IMG/VR virus record: IMGVR_UViG_3300049793_000366
Coordinates: 186,001 to 250,000 of that record
DNA: 64,000 nt
Direction: 5' to 3' (one strand)
Numbering within the stretch: the stretch's first letter is position 1; each line of letters begins with the position of its first letter. This document shows, piece after piece, positions 9,014 to 18,405 of the stretch. The notes beneath the pieces were generated by a model, which ran no database searches, had not been told where the DNA came from, and saw only the letters and a program-made list of their open reading frames with translations. A program made the translations under genes and the position numbers.

Positions 9014-9835
9014 TTACAATACTTTATTTAGTGATACTTCTCTGTGTGTTGATTTTATCACACCGGAGTTGTAATTACTATCATCATCTTCACTATAATG
9101 CTCGTCTATGAAATCTTGCCAGTCAGATAGGTCATTGTTATCGAAGATGAAGCCACGAGAGATTAGATTTTTAAATAGTGAAATATTTCCATCGGTGTCT
9201 TCTGCGTAACTATTATATGTCCACCCAATTTTCTCGTAGTCTATTTTTGCTGATTGGTATTCATATTGAATATCTGAGTTGGTTAGCTTTTTTCTTAACT
9301 TATTTAAAGAAGATTTACCTCTATTGTATATTTTATCTATTGCTGTACCAGTGAATTCTTTTACTTCTATATTAACATACTCTCTTGTGTTGTCTTTGTA
9401 GAAAATCTCATTTATGAATGTAAGAAACCCAGCGTTGAATAGCTCCCAAGCAGCATAGAATTCATTGTATTCGGTTTTTAATACTTCTTTTGCTAATTCC
9501 ATATCAACCCTACCATTATCGTCTATAACCCTATCCTTAGTGATTAATAGCCCTGATATGTCATATCCATCAAATCCGCAATAGCCATTTAAAGAACCTA
9601 TCCATTTATCTTTTAGATCCAAGATAACAATACCATATTGCGATGGTGATAGTGATTCTACATTCGATTTGTAGGAACTGTTGTTATAACCATTTAAATA
9701 CTGGTTGATATAGTTTTTATCACCAGTGTAGAATTTAAGAGTTTTTACGAAGCCAGGTAATGCATTTGTCCATCGCGATTGCTTATGAATCTTACCATCT
9801 TCTTCTCTTATTATAACTCGAATTTGTCCACCCAT
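9014..9835 (-). CDS. Hypothetical protein with C-terminal R[DE]xxLNxxL tag
   Basis: 273 aa; ends HREVSLNKVL. Confidence 0.6.
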   Translation of the reverse strand: MGGQIRVIIREEDGKIHKQSRWTNALPGFVKTLKFYTGDKNYINQYLNGYNNSSYKSNVESLSPSQYGIVILDLKDKWIGSLNGYCGFDGYDISGLLITKDRVIDDNGRVDMELAKEVLKTEYNEFYAAWELFNAGFLTFINEIFYKDNTREYVNIEVKEFTGTAIDKIYNRGKSSLNKLRKKLTNSDIQYEYQSAKIDYEKIGWTYNSYAEDTDGNISLFKNLISRGFIFDNNDLSDWQDFIDEHYSEDDDSNYNSGVIKSTHREVSLNKVL

Positions 9836-10293
9836 TAGTTCAGTAGGTCATTAAGTTTTTCATCGCGTACTAACTCTGGTGCTTCATCTAACCATTCAAC
9901 ATCCTTAGAATCTATCCAAGAGTTTTCGTATAAATTCTTCATCATTTCTTTATACGAATCTGTTGAGTATTCGCTTTGGTTGACTTGTATTTCTAATATA
10001 CCTATTTTGGATTTATCTTTAGACCTTTCAATCTCATATACCTCATAGACAACATCTATATTTGTTTTTCGTTTCGAGTCTCTATCAGTTGATGAAAGAC
10101 TTCTCTCCATCAAACCTTTTCTACCAGTACCTCTTAGTTGTACTGGTACGGGTTTACTCGGTAAGGTTGGTTGTTGTACGGGTTGTGGTTTTTGACCTTC
10201 AACCAATAGTTTCAAGTTTTTATTAATGCTTGAGAAACCTTGCATATTGGAGACGATGAAGCCTCCTATAAATCCTATTAACAAATATATCAT
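9835..10293 (-). CDS. Hypothetical membrane-anchored protein with C-terminal RD tag
   Basis: N-terminal hydrophobic segment; ends VRDEKLNDLLN. Confidence 0.65.
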   Translation of the reverse strand: MIYLLIGFIGGFIVSNMQGFSSINKNLKLLVEGQKPQPVQQPTLPSKPVPVQLRGTGRKGLMERSLSSTDRDSKRKTNIDVVYEVYEIERSKDKSKIGILEIQVNQSEYSTDSYKEMMKNLYENSWIDSKDVEWLDEAPELVRDEKLNDLLN

Positions 10294-10294
10294 A

Positions 10295-11446
10295 TTATAA
10301 AGAAAGAGTGCGTTTAAATACTGAACCTGGTACGACCTTAGTTGGTAATTCCTCGCGAATATGTTCTACCGGAATTTCTTCTAATTCTGGTATGTAATTA
10401 ATCAACTCTGCTCTCGTTCCGATAAATTCGAGAGAACCTTCTTTTGTATTACCCCAGCAAGTATTTCCGTTCCAATCAATGCTGTTATAGTCATTGATGT
10501 TTAACATCTTTTTGATTAGGTCAACTTCCTTAGCAATCCACGTTTTGGAGATATATGCTTTTACATTATCACCATCTTTGTTGATTACTTTTGTGTAATG
10601 CGTTGCTGACCACTCGTTGTAAACGTGTTTGTCTTTATCATAATAACCATAGGTTAAGTATGTATCGAATAGTAAATCATCGTCCTCTTCTTCCTCTATG
10701 AAATTAGGGTCGCGTTTTACAGGTAATGATTCCCAGTCTACTTTTACTGATGCTCTACATAAGTTTTGAAGATGTGTGATATCTTGTGATTCATCATATG
10801 TGTGTTCATCGTAGTAACCAACAGAGATATTGGTACACTCTGGTATCAATTCCATAAACTGTGCTGAGTCAGTAACAACACCAGTATCATCTGGTGAGTA
10901 TTTAAATGTTGACTCCGCATCATTTAATTGTTTACTTAAAGCTTCTGCGAATTCCTCAGAACAACAGCGACTATACATCTGATGTGTGATGATTGATTTT
11001 GTTCCGCGTCTATCGAATGATATTACTCGGTCAAATGGATATGTTTCCCATTTCTTACTTTCCTTTTGATTGAAAAAGTATTTAGCGAGTTTTTTAGATC
11101 CTTGACAACCGACTTCTTCTGCTAAGAAAAAGAAATAACAACCAGGTACTTCTTTCTCTATCATATAGAGCATTACGACCATACCAGCTTTATCGTCAGC
11201 ACCGAGAATAGAATTACCATCCGTGATTACGTGGCCTTCTTCAAATTCGTGGTTTACGTTCTTTTGTGTACAATCGGCTGTGTCGAGGTGACAAGTAAAT
11301 AGTGTTCTTGATTTTCCTACTTGAATATAGTAATTTCCGAAAGCATCAACTTTATAACCTTTTGGTAAATATGATTCGAGTTCTTTCTCGTGACCGCTTG
11401 GGTATGTCTTTCGAGTAAGTTGTAAAAACTTTCTTAATGGGCGCAT
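10295..11446 (-). CDS. M28/M20-clan zinc peptidase with C-terminal extension (start revised to ATG 11446)
   Basis: HLDT, LGADDKAG, AEEVG, SFDR, ECTNISVGYYDEHT zinc-ligand motifs; the listed TTG start lies upstream of a promoter at 11471-11502. Confidence 0.8.
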   Translation of the reverse strand: MRPLRKFLQLTRKTYPSGHEKELESYLPKGYKVDAFGNYYIQVGKSRTLFTCHLDTADCTQKNVNHEFEEGHVITDGNSILGADDKAGMVVMLYMIEKEVPGCYFFFLAEEVGCQGSKKLAKYFFNQKESKKWETYPFDRVISFDRRGTKSIITHQMYSRCCSEEFAEALSKQLNDAESTFKYSPDDTGVVTDSAQFMELIPECTNISVGYYDEHTYDESQDITHLQNLCRASVKVDWESLPVKRDPNFIEEEEDDDLLFDTYLTYGYYDKDKHVYNEWSATHYTKVINKDGDNVKAYISKTWIAKEVDLIKKMLNINDYNSIDWNGNTCWGNTKEGSLEFIGTRAELINYIPELEEIPVEHIREELPTKVVPGSVFKRTLSL

Positions 11447-11470
11447 GGGTGTCAAATTATTTATTTTACC

Positions 11471-11502
11471 CAAATATACGGACATTTTTTCTAATTTGCA
11501 AA
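11471..11502 (-). promoter_or_regulatory. Bacteroidota sigmaA-type promoter (TTTG-N20-TATATTTG)
   Basis: Minus strand TTTG caaattagaaaaaatGTCCg TATATTTG. Confidence 0.75.
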
Positions 11503-12006
11503 TCAATCTTCATCATCGAAGATTTGAGTAATCTTCGTGTCTCTTAGAAATTTACGTTGCCATTCATCCAGAGTTAGTTTTTCCTTGCTTTGCTTGTCTT
11601 CTATGAGCTTTTTCTCGCGTGTCTGACAATGATATACAAATTGATTAAAGTTGCTGTAATCAAGTCCCTGTGCGTTATCACCGACATTTAAAATTATTGG
11701 AATGGGTAATCTTTTCAAAAGATTTAAGTCCTTGTTTGTCAAGGTCTTAGACCTACCCCATATATCATCGATTATGATTAGGTCTACTCTAAAGGTGTGA
11801 TTATCAAGAATATCATCCAAATTATTTTTAATTTGAATCATTTTAATTTTAGCTGGTGATAGCGGGATTGATTTTATGCTATTGTTTGAATAAGTTAGAT
11901 ATAGTATGTTAGCCGCAGAGGCATAAAATGTACACAGGTCAAAAGTTATCGAATTGTCCTTTGGTGTCTTAGAAAAGAAAACATTTATGTGTCCAAGATT
12001 AATCAA
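11503..12006 (-). CDS. Hypothetical protein with C-terminal RD tag
   Basis: 167 aa; ends LRDTKITQIFDDED. Confidence 0.6.
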   Translation of the reverse strand: MINLGHINVFFSKTPKDNSITFDLCTFYASAANILYLTYSNNSIKSIPLSPAKIKMIQIKNNLDDILDNHTFRVDLIIIDDIWGRSKTLTNKDLNLLKRLPIPIILNVGDNAQGLDYSNFNQFVYHCQTREKKLIEDKQSKEKLTLDEWQRKFLRDTKITQIFDDED

Positions 12007-12340
12007 TTATATAGTCTATTTTTAAATCACGTTGATATACTTTTAGTGGTATCTCAATGAATATGTTATTTTCTTTCGTAGCATTTAACTTTAGAAAATC
12101 AATACTAAGATAAGACGAGTAATTATATTCGGTTATTCCGTTTTGGTTTTCAATACAGTTTAAAATCAATAGTGAAGAATCTTCGGGGTTAGTTGATAGA
12201 AACATTATATCACCCTCCATTGCTGTTACACACTCAGACTCGTGATAAGAGCAATCATCTTCATCGACTGTTACTGATATAGGTATATTAAATTCAAAGT
12301 TTGTCTTGAAGATAAATTCTATTTTACTTAAGTTTATCAT
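11999..12340 (-). CDS. Hypothetical protein with C-terminal RD tag
   Basis: 113 aa; ends QRDLKIDYIID. Confidence 0.6.
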   Translation of the reverse strand: MINLSKIEFIFKTNFEFNIPISVTVDEDDCSYHESECVTAMEGDIMFLSTNPEDSSLLILNCIENQNGITEYNYSSYLSIDFLKLNATKENNIFIEIPLKVYQRDLKIDYIID

Positions 12341-12881
12341 TCTTTTTTTGTTTAAAAAGTAAATATCTTGATGTTACATCAACCACGAATTTATTATCAG
12401 CGAGAAACTTTCTACCAATTAGTATAGGACATTTCATATTGCTTCTATTTGATAATGTAGCTTCTATAATGTAACGCTTACTACCCATATCTAAATTGGT
12501 CTTAATGAGATATCGAGTTTCAGATTCACCATTGGATGACTTAACTGTGGTTGTTGCAAAGTCTTTAGTTCTAAATTCTTTATCATTGAGTACATTGAAT
12601 ACTAGTTCATCACCATCTATTCTTATACTATGTGCGTTTATTGATGCTGAGTAAGCACCAGTGTCTATTTTAGCTTTAAGACCTATTATATCAAAGTCGG
12701 GTAACCCAACTTTCTCAGCGCGACCAATAAATTGGTAGTTTATATTCTCTGTTTCTTTCACGATAGATGAAGTATTTTGGTGGTTCAAGTTTCCCAGTTC
12801 GTAAGTTAATTCTAACTCCGAATCCAGTCCATGGTTGCTTCCATCGATAGGGTTGTTGAATAGTGAATTGTTGTTGTTCAT
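12324..12881 (-). CDS. Retropepsin-like aspartic protease of the RimK-associated ('ATP-dependent Zn protease') family; start revised to ATG 12881
   Basis: AKIDTGAYSASI...SSNGESETRY...TLSNRSNMKCPILIGRKFL; the listed start overlaps the -7 promoter element. Confidence 0.8.
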   Translation of the reverse strand: MNNNNSLFNNPIDGSNHGLDSELELTYELGNLNHQNTSSIVKETENINYQFIGRAEKVGLPDFDIIGLKAKIDTGAYSASINAHSIRIDGDELVFNVLNDKEFRTKDFATTTVKSSNGESETRYLIKTNLDMGSKRYIIEATLSNRSNMKCPILIGRKFLADNKFVVDVTSRYLLFKQKKNDKLK

Positions 12882-12923
12882 TCTTTCGTAAAAGTATAGA
12901 CTGCTGTGAGTATGATACTTTAG

Positions 12924-12954
12924 CAAATATAAGAAAAAATAAAATTAAAGTCAA
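12924..12954 (-). promoter_or_regulatory. Bacteroidota sigmaA-type promoter (TTG-N20-TATATTTG)
   Basis: Minus strand gTTG actttaattttattttttct TATATTTG. Confidence 0.7.
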
Positions 12955-13066
12955 CTTTTTCATAAGGCATGGACATTTTATTATTATATATCTAAAACAC
13001 AGTCAAAGTTTAACTTATAGAAAACAATCTTAAAAGTTAGAATATAAATTAAAAATAATAAACTAT

Positions 13067-13834
13067 ATGAATAATATTAATCCATACAAATTTACCTACA
13101 TAATTGCTTATAAAAATAGAGCAGATAGGCTGATGAATCTACGCAGAGTACTGGATTGGGTTTCAGGGTTCGTAGGGATTGAAATTATTATTGTTGAACA
13201 AGATAAAAAACCTCAAATTGAGAATTTGGTTTTTAATAGACCAGTTAAATATCATTTTCTAGAAACAGATTTACCTTTTAATAAAGCATGGGCTTTCAAT
13301 GTTGGTACAAAGTACGCAACTACTGATATAATTGTTTTTGGTGATTCTGATATCATAATGGATCCTAACGATTTCATAAACGCATTGAAAACACTTGAGA
13401 CTCACGATTGTGTTTCTCCTTATAATAGAGTTATTGATTTACAACCAGAAGAATTATCTTTTGATTTAAATGCTATGAATGCTATTACTAGACCAGGTAG
13501 AGGCGAGACTGATATTCAGAAGATTTGTTTATGTGGTGGTATCATCATGTATAAGAGAGATGCATTGAATAAAATCGGTGGTTGGTGTGAAGACTTCATT
13601 GGATGGGGTGGTGAAGATGATGCTCAAAGTTATAAAACTAAAAAGTTACTTAATTGGTCAGAAGCAACCGCTAAATGTTATCACCTATGGCATAGACCAG
13701 AAACACCTATAATGAACTTATATCAGAGAAATTTACAAATTCTGAATCAAATCCAAGCAATGGATGAAAATACTTTGAATAAGTATATTCAGAATTCTAT
13801 CCCAAGAGCGGGACTAAAAAGTAGGTTTGCTTAA
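13067..13834 (+). CDS. GT-A fold glycosyltransferase (GT2/GT7 galactosyltransferase-like)
   Basis: FNKAWAFNVG, DSD (DxD), GWGGEDD, HLWH. Confidence 0.85.
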   Translation: MNNINPYKFTYIIAYKNRADRLMNLRRVLDWVSGFVGIEIIIVEQDKKPQIENLVFNRPVKYHFLETDLPFNKAWAFNVGTKYATTDIIVFGDSDIIMDPNDFINALKTLETHDCVSPYNRVIDLQPEELSFDLNAMNAITRPGRGETDIQKICLCGGIIMYKRDALNKIGGWCEDFIGWGGEDDAQSYKTKKLLNWSEATAKCYHLWHRPETPIMNLYQRNLQILNQIQAMDENTLNKYIQNSIPRAGLKSRFA

Positions 13835-14626
13835 ATGCTTAAATATACACACAGGATAAAAACACCTCTACCGAGTTGTCAGATATCCTATATAGCACAT
13901 CAAACTCATGATAGTGAGGCTAATAGGAATCAAAGAACTCAACTTAAAAGAGGATTGAAGATTGATTGCATTGTTGAGGATAAGGAATACGATGAGTCAG
14001 AATTACCTCCATATTTCGAGAGAGATAATTCATTTAGTTCGATGGGTACTATGAGTATTCAAATGATGCAAAAGAATGTAAGTTTGAATAACTATTCAGC
14101 TACTAATCCTGAAACACATAAATTCGTAACTTGGGTTCAAGAGTTAGAAAGAATAGCACTTGTTAATTCAGCTTATCTTAGTCAGAGTAGACGTAATATG
14201 GATTTGTCGATATCAAGTATAATTAGTGATGATAATAGCACAATTGAAAATATTGATATTCTTTATAAGAAAATTGTAACTAGACTTATGCAGTGTTGTA
14301 ATTACATAGCATCAGAGGGTAGAATAGGTCCGGGTAATGTCGTATTCGTTGGTACAAAAGTAGCTACACACTTATTGAACTCTAATACTTTTTTGAATAG
14401 TATGTCTATGAATACTCTTGGTAAATCAAGAAGGGAACTGGGTAACTGTATGGGTCTTGATTTTGTGGTAACACCTGAGATAGATTCAGATACCTTTTTA
14501 GTTTTTAGGAAAGTTAGTTCTAATATAGAGCCTACGTTGTGTCTTGTTGAACATGAAACAAATGATAATAGATGGGCAATTGTAGATTGTGGACAACATT
14601 ATTGCGTTAGTTTTAAAGTAACCTAA
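13835..14626 (+). CDS. Hypothetical protein; short gp23/gp24 major-capsid-like paralogue
   Basis: IASEGRIGPGNVVFVGTKVATHL resembles gp23 IARQTGRGEGNFIIASRNVVNVL; downstream G-L-D-F-V-V...DTFLVFRK parallels the gp23 P-domain. Confidence 0.5.
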   Translation: MLKYTHRIKTPLPSCQISYIAHQTHDSEANRNQRTQLKRGLKIDCIVEDKEYDESELPPYFERDNSFSSMGTMSIQMMQKNVSLNNYSATNPETHKFVTWVQELERIALVNSAYLSQSRRNMDLSISSIISDDNSTIENIDILYKKIVTRLMQCCNYIASEGRIGPGNVVFVGTKVATHLLNSNTFLNSMSMNTLGKSRRELGNCMGLDFVVTPEIDSDTFLVFRKVSSNIEPTLCLVEHETNDNRWAIVDCGQHYCVSFKVT

Positions 14627-15192
14627 AATGACAATCTTATCTTATTGTGTTTAGCAAATAACTGATAAACGTTTAACCACTCTTTTTCTGGATCTTCAAC
14701 TTGTTTTTCTATCCACTTGTTGTTATTACAAATCTCTACTATCATACCAGGTTTAAGTTCTGACTTATCCGTTATGTTCTTATATTGTCTTTGCTCTTTA
14801 AATGAGAAAGATAACCCTTGAAAGATGTATGATTTATTCTGTAAATCAGAGTCGTACATATTTAAGGATAGTGGTTTTTCGTTACCATCCTTGTATATTC
14901 TTCTTATTATTGGTTCGTCTCTGTATTTGATAATTATATCATCTTGGTCGAACTGTGATAAAAGGTATAAAGCATCTTTCTTAAGCTCTTCGTTACCTAT
15001 CTCTGAATTGTGAGCTAAATATGTGTCTTCCCAATGTCCATTCGCATATCCTCTAAGATGCTGTATTGTGTATTCTTTAGAATATAATATCGATTCAAGC
15101 TTTGAGCTTCTATTTTCATTCTCAATAGTATTCCTGTCTGCTCTGAAAGCAGAAACAATCATATAAGAGCTTCGTATATCCGTAAGATTCAT
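14623..15192 (-). CDS. T3-type SAM lyase (SAMase)-like protein with C-terminal extension
   Basis: YMIVSAFR...ENENR...GY...WE...FDQDDII parallels T3 SAMase YVLVSAFR...NMSR...GCY...EE...WEQDCVL (reference recalled from memory). Confidence 0.65.
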   Translation of the reverse strand: MNLTDIRSSYMIVSAFRADRNTIENENRSSKLESILYSKEYTIQHLRGYANGHWEDTYLAHNSEIGNEELKKDALYLLSQFDQDDIIIKYRDEPIIRRIYKDGNEKPLSLNMYDSDLQNKSYIFQGLSFSFKEQRQYKNITDKSELKPGMIVEICNNNKWIEKQVEDPEKEWLNVYQLFAKHNKIRLSF

Positions 15193-15197
15193 TCTCC

Positions 15198-15206
15198 TAT
15201 ATATTA
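15198..15206 (-). promoter_or_regulatory. Putative late promoter TAATATATA
   Basis: Minus strand TAATATATA-GGAGA-ATG at 15192. Confidence 0.55.
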
Positions 15207-15247
15207 AATAAGTCAGAACAAAAACAAACTTAATAAATATAACACTT

Positions 15248-15748
15248 ATGGCAATAATGGCACCTCAACAACTTAATAACTTTGGTACGTACCATCATAC
15301 ATTATTTGACGTGGATAAGAATATCCCAGTACCTTGCTTGGTTGAAATGGAAATCAATAGTCAAGCTCAATACGGTGCTGTTGGTGTAAATAACCATCGT
15401 CCGGCTATACGCAGAGATGAATTGACTTTAACGGTGACTATCAATGCTGACATTGTACCAGATGCTACTTGGGCTATGGAATGGATAACAGATACATTTA
15501 ATGGTGCTGGATCTATGTTTAGTAATAAATATAAACGTTCACTGTTTGTAGCAAACGATAATTCTTATAACTCTGGTTTGTCTATATATGGTGCTTATGT
15601 CAAAACATATAGCAATGTCTGTGACTTCAATAACACAATTAAGCTTGAAATAGGATGCGACCATTTCACTGATAGTTTACCAATGGATGGATATTTCAAG
15701 TCAATTAGACGGGATGCTCAATTAAATCAATTATTTGATAATTTATAG
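15248..15748 (+). CDS. Hypothetical protein; tail-tube (gp19)-like fold with C-terminal RD tag
   Basis: W..W...G...KYKR.L.V...IYGAY...I.L.I.CDHF pattern typical of T4-like tube proteins; ends RRDAQLNQLFDNL. Confidence 0.45.
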   Translation: MAIMAPQQLNNFGTYHHTLFDVDKNIPVPCLVEMEINSQAQYGAVGVNNHRPAIRRDELTLTVTINADIVPDATWAMEWITDTFNGAGSMFSNKYKRSLFVANDNSYNSGLSIYGAYVKTYSNVCDFNNTIKLEIGCDHFTDSLPMDGYFKSIRRDAQLNQLFDNL

Positions 15749-15762
15749 GAATATATACTCTT

Positions 15763-15954
15763 ATGAGATATATTAAACTATTCGAGGATTTTGAATCTGA
15801 TAATGCTAGAAAGCTAGATGATTCTATTGATGATAAAGAAAATCTTTACCCTTATGAAGATAGAAGTGATGAGTGTGAAGGATGTGAGGGAGAGGGATGT
15901 CCAGTAGAAGAGGAAGACGAATCTTCTGATGAAGAAACAGAAGACGAAGCGTAA
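15763..15954 (+). CDS. Small acidic protein with capsid-targeting-like N-terminus
   Basis: MRYIKLFEDFES; acidic tail; AATATATA at 15750-15757. Confidence 0.6.
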   Translation: MRYIKLFEDFESDNARKLDDSIDDKENLYPYEDRSDECEGCEGEGCPVEEEDESSDEETEDEA

Positions 15955-16328
15955 TGTGGGGAATTATACTATTTTTAGTTGCTCGTTTAGTGCAGTGGTT
16001 ACTTAGTCCGTTGTTTTTTATCTATGCTATCTTAACACTTGGTGACCTCAAAAAGATATCAGCTTATTTCGGTACAACCGCTCTGAGTATTGACCAATTG
16101 GGAAATACAATGGGTGCGCCTTTATTTAATTCAATATTCCTAAAAGATAATCCTAAGGTTTTATTTGGTGATCCTGACCAAACTATTAGTTATGTACTTG
16201 GTGCAAATTATTTGGATGGTAAATTAACATCATTTGGTAATTTTGTAGTTAAGCTATTGAATAAGTTGGATGAGAATCATGTACAGAAAGCAGTAGAATC
16301 AGAAAATAAAAAAACCCTCGAATTTTAA
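15954..16328 (+). CDS. Phage membrane-associated hypothetical protein
   Basis: N-terminal TM; SIDQLGN...FGDPDQTISYVLG...LDENHV motif set seen in phage hypothetical proteins. Confidence 0.6.
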   Translation: MWGIILFLVARLVQWLLSPLFFIYAILTLGDLKKISAYFGTTALSIDQLGNTMGAPLFNSIFLKDNPKVLFGDPDQTISYVLGANYLDGKLTSFGNFVVKLLNKLDENHVQKAVESENKKTLEF

Positions 16329-16344
16329 TATCCGAGGGTTTTTT
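16309..16344. terminator. Bidirectional Rho-independent terminator between convergent genes
   Basis: aaaaaaccctcg...cgagggtttttt. Confidence 0.85.
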
Positions 16345-16347
16345 GTT

Positions 16348-18213
16348 TTACTTCACTTCTTCTGAATCTATATCAGTTACTTGCTGACCATCATCAGTTG
16401 GTGGTGTTTGTTCTTGATACATTCGTGTAGAAACATCATTCCAAACAGTGTTTAGACTTGCTAAATGAATATCAATTGCATCGATGTCTTTATTAGAATG
16501 AGCAGTTTTCAATTCAGCTAACGCAGTTTCTAATTTACTCTTATCATCTGCTGATAGTTTTTCACCAAATTCTTTAATTTGTTTTTCTGTTTGAAATATC
16601 ATACCATCTGCTTGATTTACTTTATCAATCTTTTCTTTTTCTAAACGGTCTGATTCAGCATTCGCTTCTGCTTCTTGTTTCATTCTCTCAATCTCTTCTT
16701 TTGAGAGTTGTGAGTTTCCTTCAATTCTTATTTTGTTTTCTTTGTTTGTAGCTTTGTCTTTTGCTGATACAGCGATGATACCATTTGCATCAATGTCAAA
16801 TGTAACTTCTACTTGTGGTACACCTCTTGGTGATGGTGGAATACCATCTAAGTGAAATCTACCAAGTGTTCTGTTATCTTTTGCTAACGGTCTCTCACCT
16901 TGTATAACATGAATCTCAACAGATGGTTGATTATCCGAAGCTGTTGAGAACGTTTCTGATTTCTTAGTTGGGATTGTTGTGTTAGCTTCAATTAATTTAG
17001 TCATAACACCACCCATTGTTTCAATGCCTAATGATAATGGTGTAACGTCTAATAGAAGAACGTCTGTAATGTCACCACTTAGTACTGAACCTTGAATAGC
17101 GGCACCAATGGCAACAACTTCATCTGGATTCACACCTTTGTTTGGTTTCTTGTTGAAGAATTTTTCAACAGCTTCTTGTATAGCAGGTATTCTTGTAGAA
17201 CCACCTACTAATATAATTTCATCAATATCGGATGGTTTTAAACCAGCATTTTTAAGTGCAGATTTACATGGTTCGATTGTTCTCTTTATTAGAGAGTCGG
17301 ATAGTTGTTCAAATTTAGAACGAGTTAATGATAGAACAAGATGTTTTGGTGTACCATCTACTGATGTGATGTATGGTAAATTAATATCAGTTTGTGATGT
17401 TGATGATAATTCGACCTTTGCTTTTTCAGCCGCCTCTTTCAATCTTTGTAATGCCATTGAATCCTGTTTCAAGTCGAAACCATTTTCTTTTTTGAATTCA
17501 TCTGCCATCCAATCAATGATAGCATTATCGAAATCGTCACCACCTAAGTGAGTATCACCATCGGTTGATTTTACTTCAAATACACCATCACCTAATTCTA
17601 AAACAGAAACGTCATGTGTACCACCACCGCAGTCGAACACAACTATTTTCATTTCCTTATCTGTCCTATTTAATCCGAATGCTAAAGCCGCGGCTGTTGG
17701 TTCGTTGATAATTCTTTCTACTTTTAATCCTGCAATTTCTCCGGCTTCGATTGTAGCTTTTCTTTCAGCATCACCGAAGTATGCTGGTACTGTTATAACA
17801 GCTCTTTTTATTTCTTGTCCTAAATAATCTTCTGCTGTCTTCTTCATTTTTTGAAGAATCATTGCTGATATTTCTTGTGATGTATAATTTCTATCACCTA
17901 TTTTTACAACTGGTACTGTTCCTGTTTTTTCTACAACGTAAGGAACACGCTTTATTTCACTCTTAATAGAATCAAAACTTCTACCAATGAATCTTTTGAT
18001 TGAGTATATTGTTTGTTCTGGATTAACAACTGCTTGACGTTTAGCTGTGTCGCCAATTTTTCTTTCGCCGTCTTTAGAGAATCCAACAATAGAAGGTGTT
18101 GTTCTTTTACCTTCTGAATTTGAGATAACAACTGGTTCACCGCCTTCAACAACGGCAACACATGAATTCGTTGTACCTAAGTCAATACCAATAATGTAGT
18201 CTTTTTTGCTCAT
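16348..18213 (-). CDS. dnaK: Molecular chaperone DnaK (Hsp70)
   Basis: [55 protein letters not shown], full substrate-binding domain. Confidence 0.98.
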   Translation of the reverse strand: MSKKDYIIGIDLGTTNSCVAVVEGGEPVVISNSEGKRTTPSIVGFSKDGERKIGDTAKRQAVVNPEQTIYSIKRFIGRSFDSIKSEIKRVPYVVEKTGTVPVVKIGDRNYTSQEISAMILQKMKKTAEDYLGQEIKRAVITVPAYFGDAERKATIEAGEIAGLKVERIINEPTAAALAFGLNRTDKEMKIVVFDCGGGTHDVSVLELGDGVFEVKSTDGDTHLGGDDFDNAIIDWMADEFKKENGFDLKQDSMALQRLKEAAEKAKVELSSTSQTDINLPYITSVDGTPKHLVLSLTRSKFEQLSDSLIKRTIEPCKSALKNAGLKPSDIDEIILVGGSTRIPAIQEAVEKFFNKKPNKGVNPDEVVAIGAAIQGSVLSGDITDVLLLDVTPLSLGIETMGGVMTKLIEANTTIPTKKSETFSTASDNQPSVEIHVIQGERPLAKDNRTLGRFHLDGIPPSPRGVPQVEVTFDIDANGIIAVSAKDKATNKENKIRIEGNSQLSKEEIERMKQEAEANAESDRLEKEKIDKVNQADGMIFQTEKQIKEFGEKLSADDKSKLETALAELKTAHSNKDIDAIDIHLASLNTVWNDVSTRMYQEQTPPTDDGQQVTDIDSEEVK

Positions 18214-18245
18214 AATGATTTATTTTATTTTTTGGTTTATTATAT

Positions 18246-18261
18246 TTCAATTAGTATGCCA
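18246..18261 (-). promoter_or_regulatory. Candidate sigma54-like -24/-12 promoter for dnaK
   Basis: TGGCA-TA-CTAA-TTGAA versus consensus TGGCA-CG-N4-TTGCW; spacing exact, -12 C replaced by A. Confidence 0.35.
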
Positions 18262-18273
18262 AAGCATATTTAA

Positions 18274-18317
18274 GGACATTTTACTGTCAGAATGACATAA
18301 AGTTGGTAAAATTGTCC
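18274..18317. promoter_or_regulatory. Nested inverted repeat between divergent dnaK and aminotransferase
   Basis: ggacattttac [tgtca-gaa-tgaca] taaagttg gtaaaattgtcc. Confidence 0.5.
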
Positions 18318-18405
18318 ATAATATTTAATATCTTTTAGTTAAAAGGTTTAAAACTATTAAACTAATTATTACTTTTACAGTAGAATTAAAAAATTATTTC
18401 TAAAT

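Noticed and set aside
17108-17551. Antisense and alternate-frame ORFs in the track (e.g. 534-782, 4141-4554, 17108-17551, 25028-25288, 29384-29704, 52548-53309, 54805-55434)
   Set aside because: They fully overlap well-supported genes, and their composition mirrors the sense gene (e.g. Ser-rich opposite Glu-rich). Treated as shadow ORFs.
18214-18405. CIRCE (HrcA) operator upstream of dnaK
   Set aside because: No TTAGCACTC-N9-GAGTGCTAA; the inverted repeats present are different.
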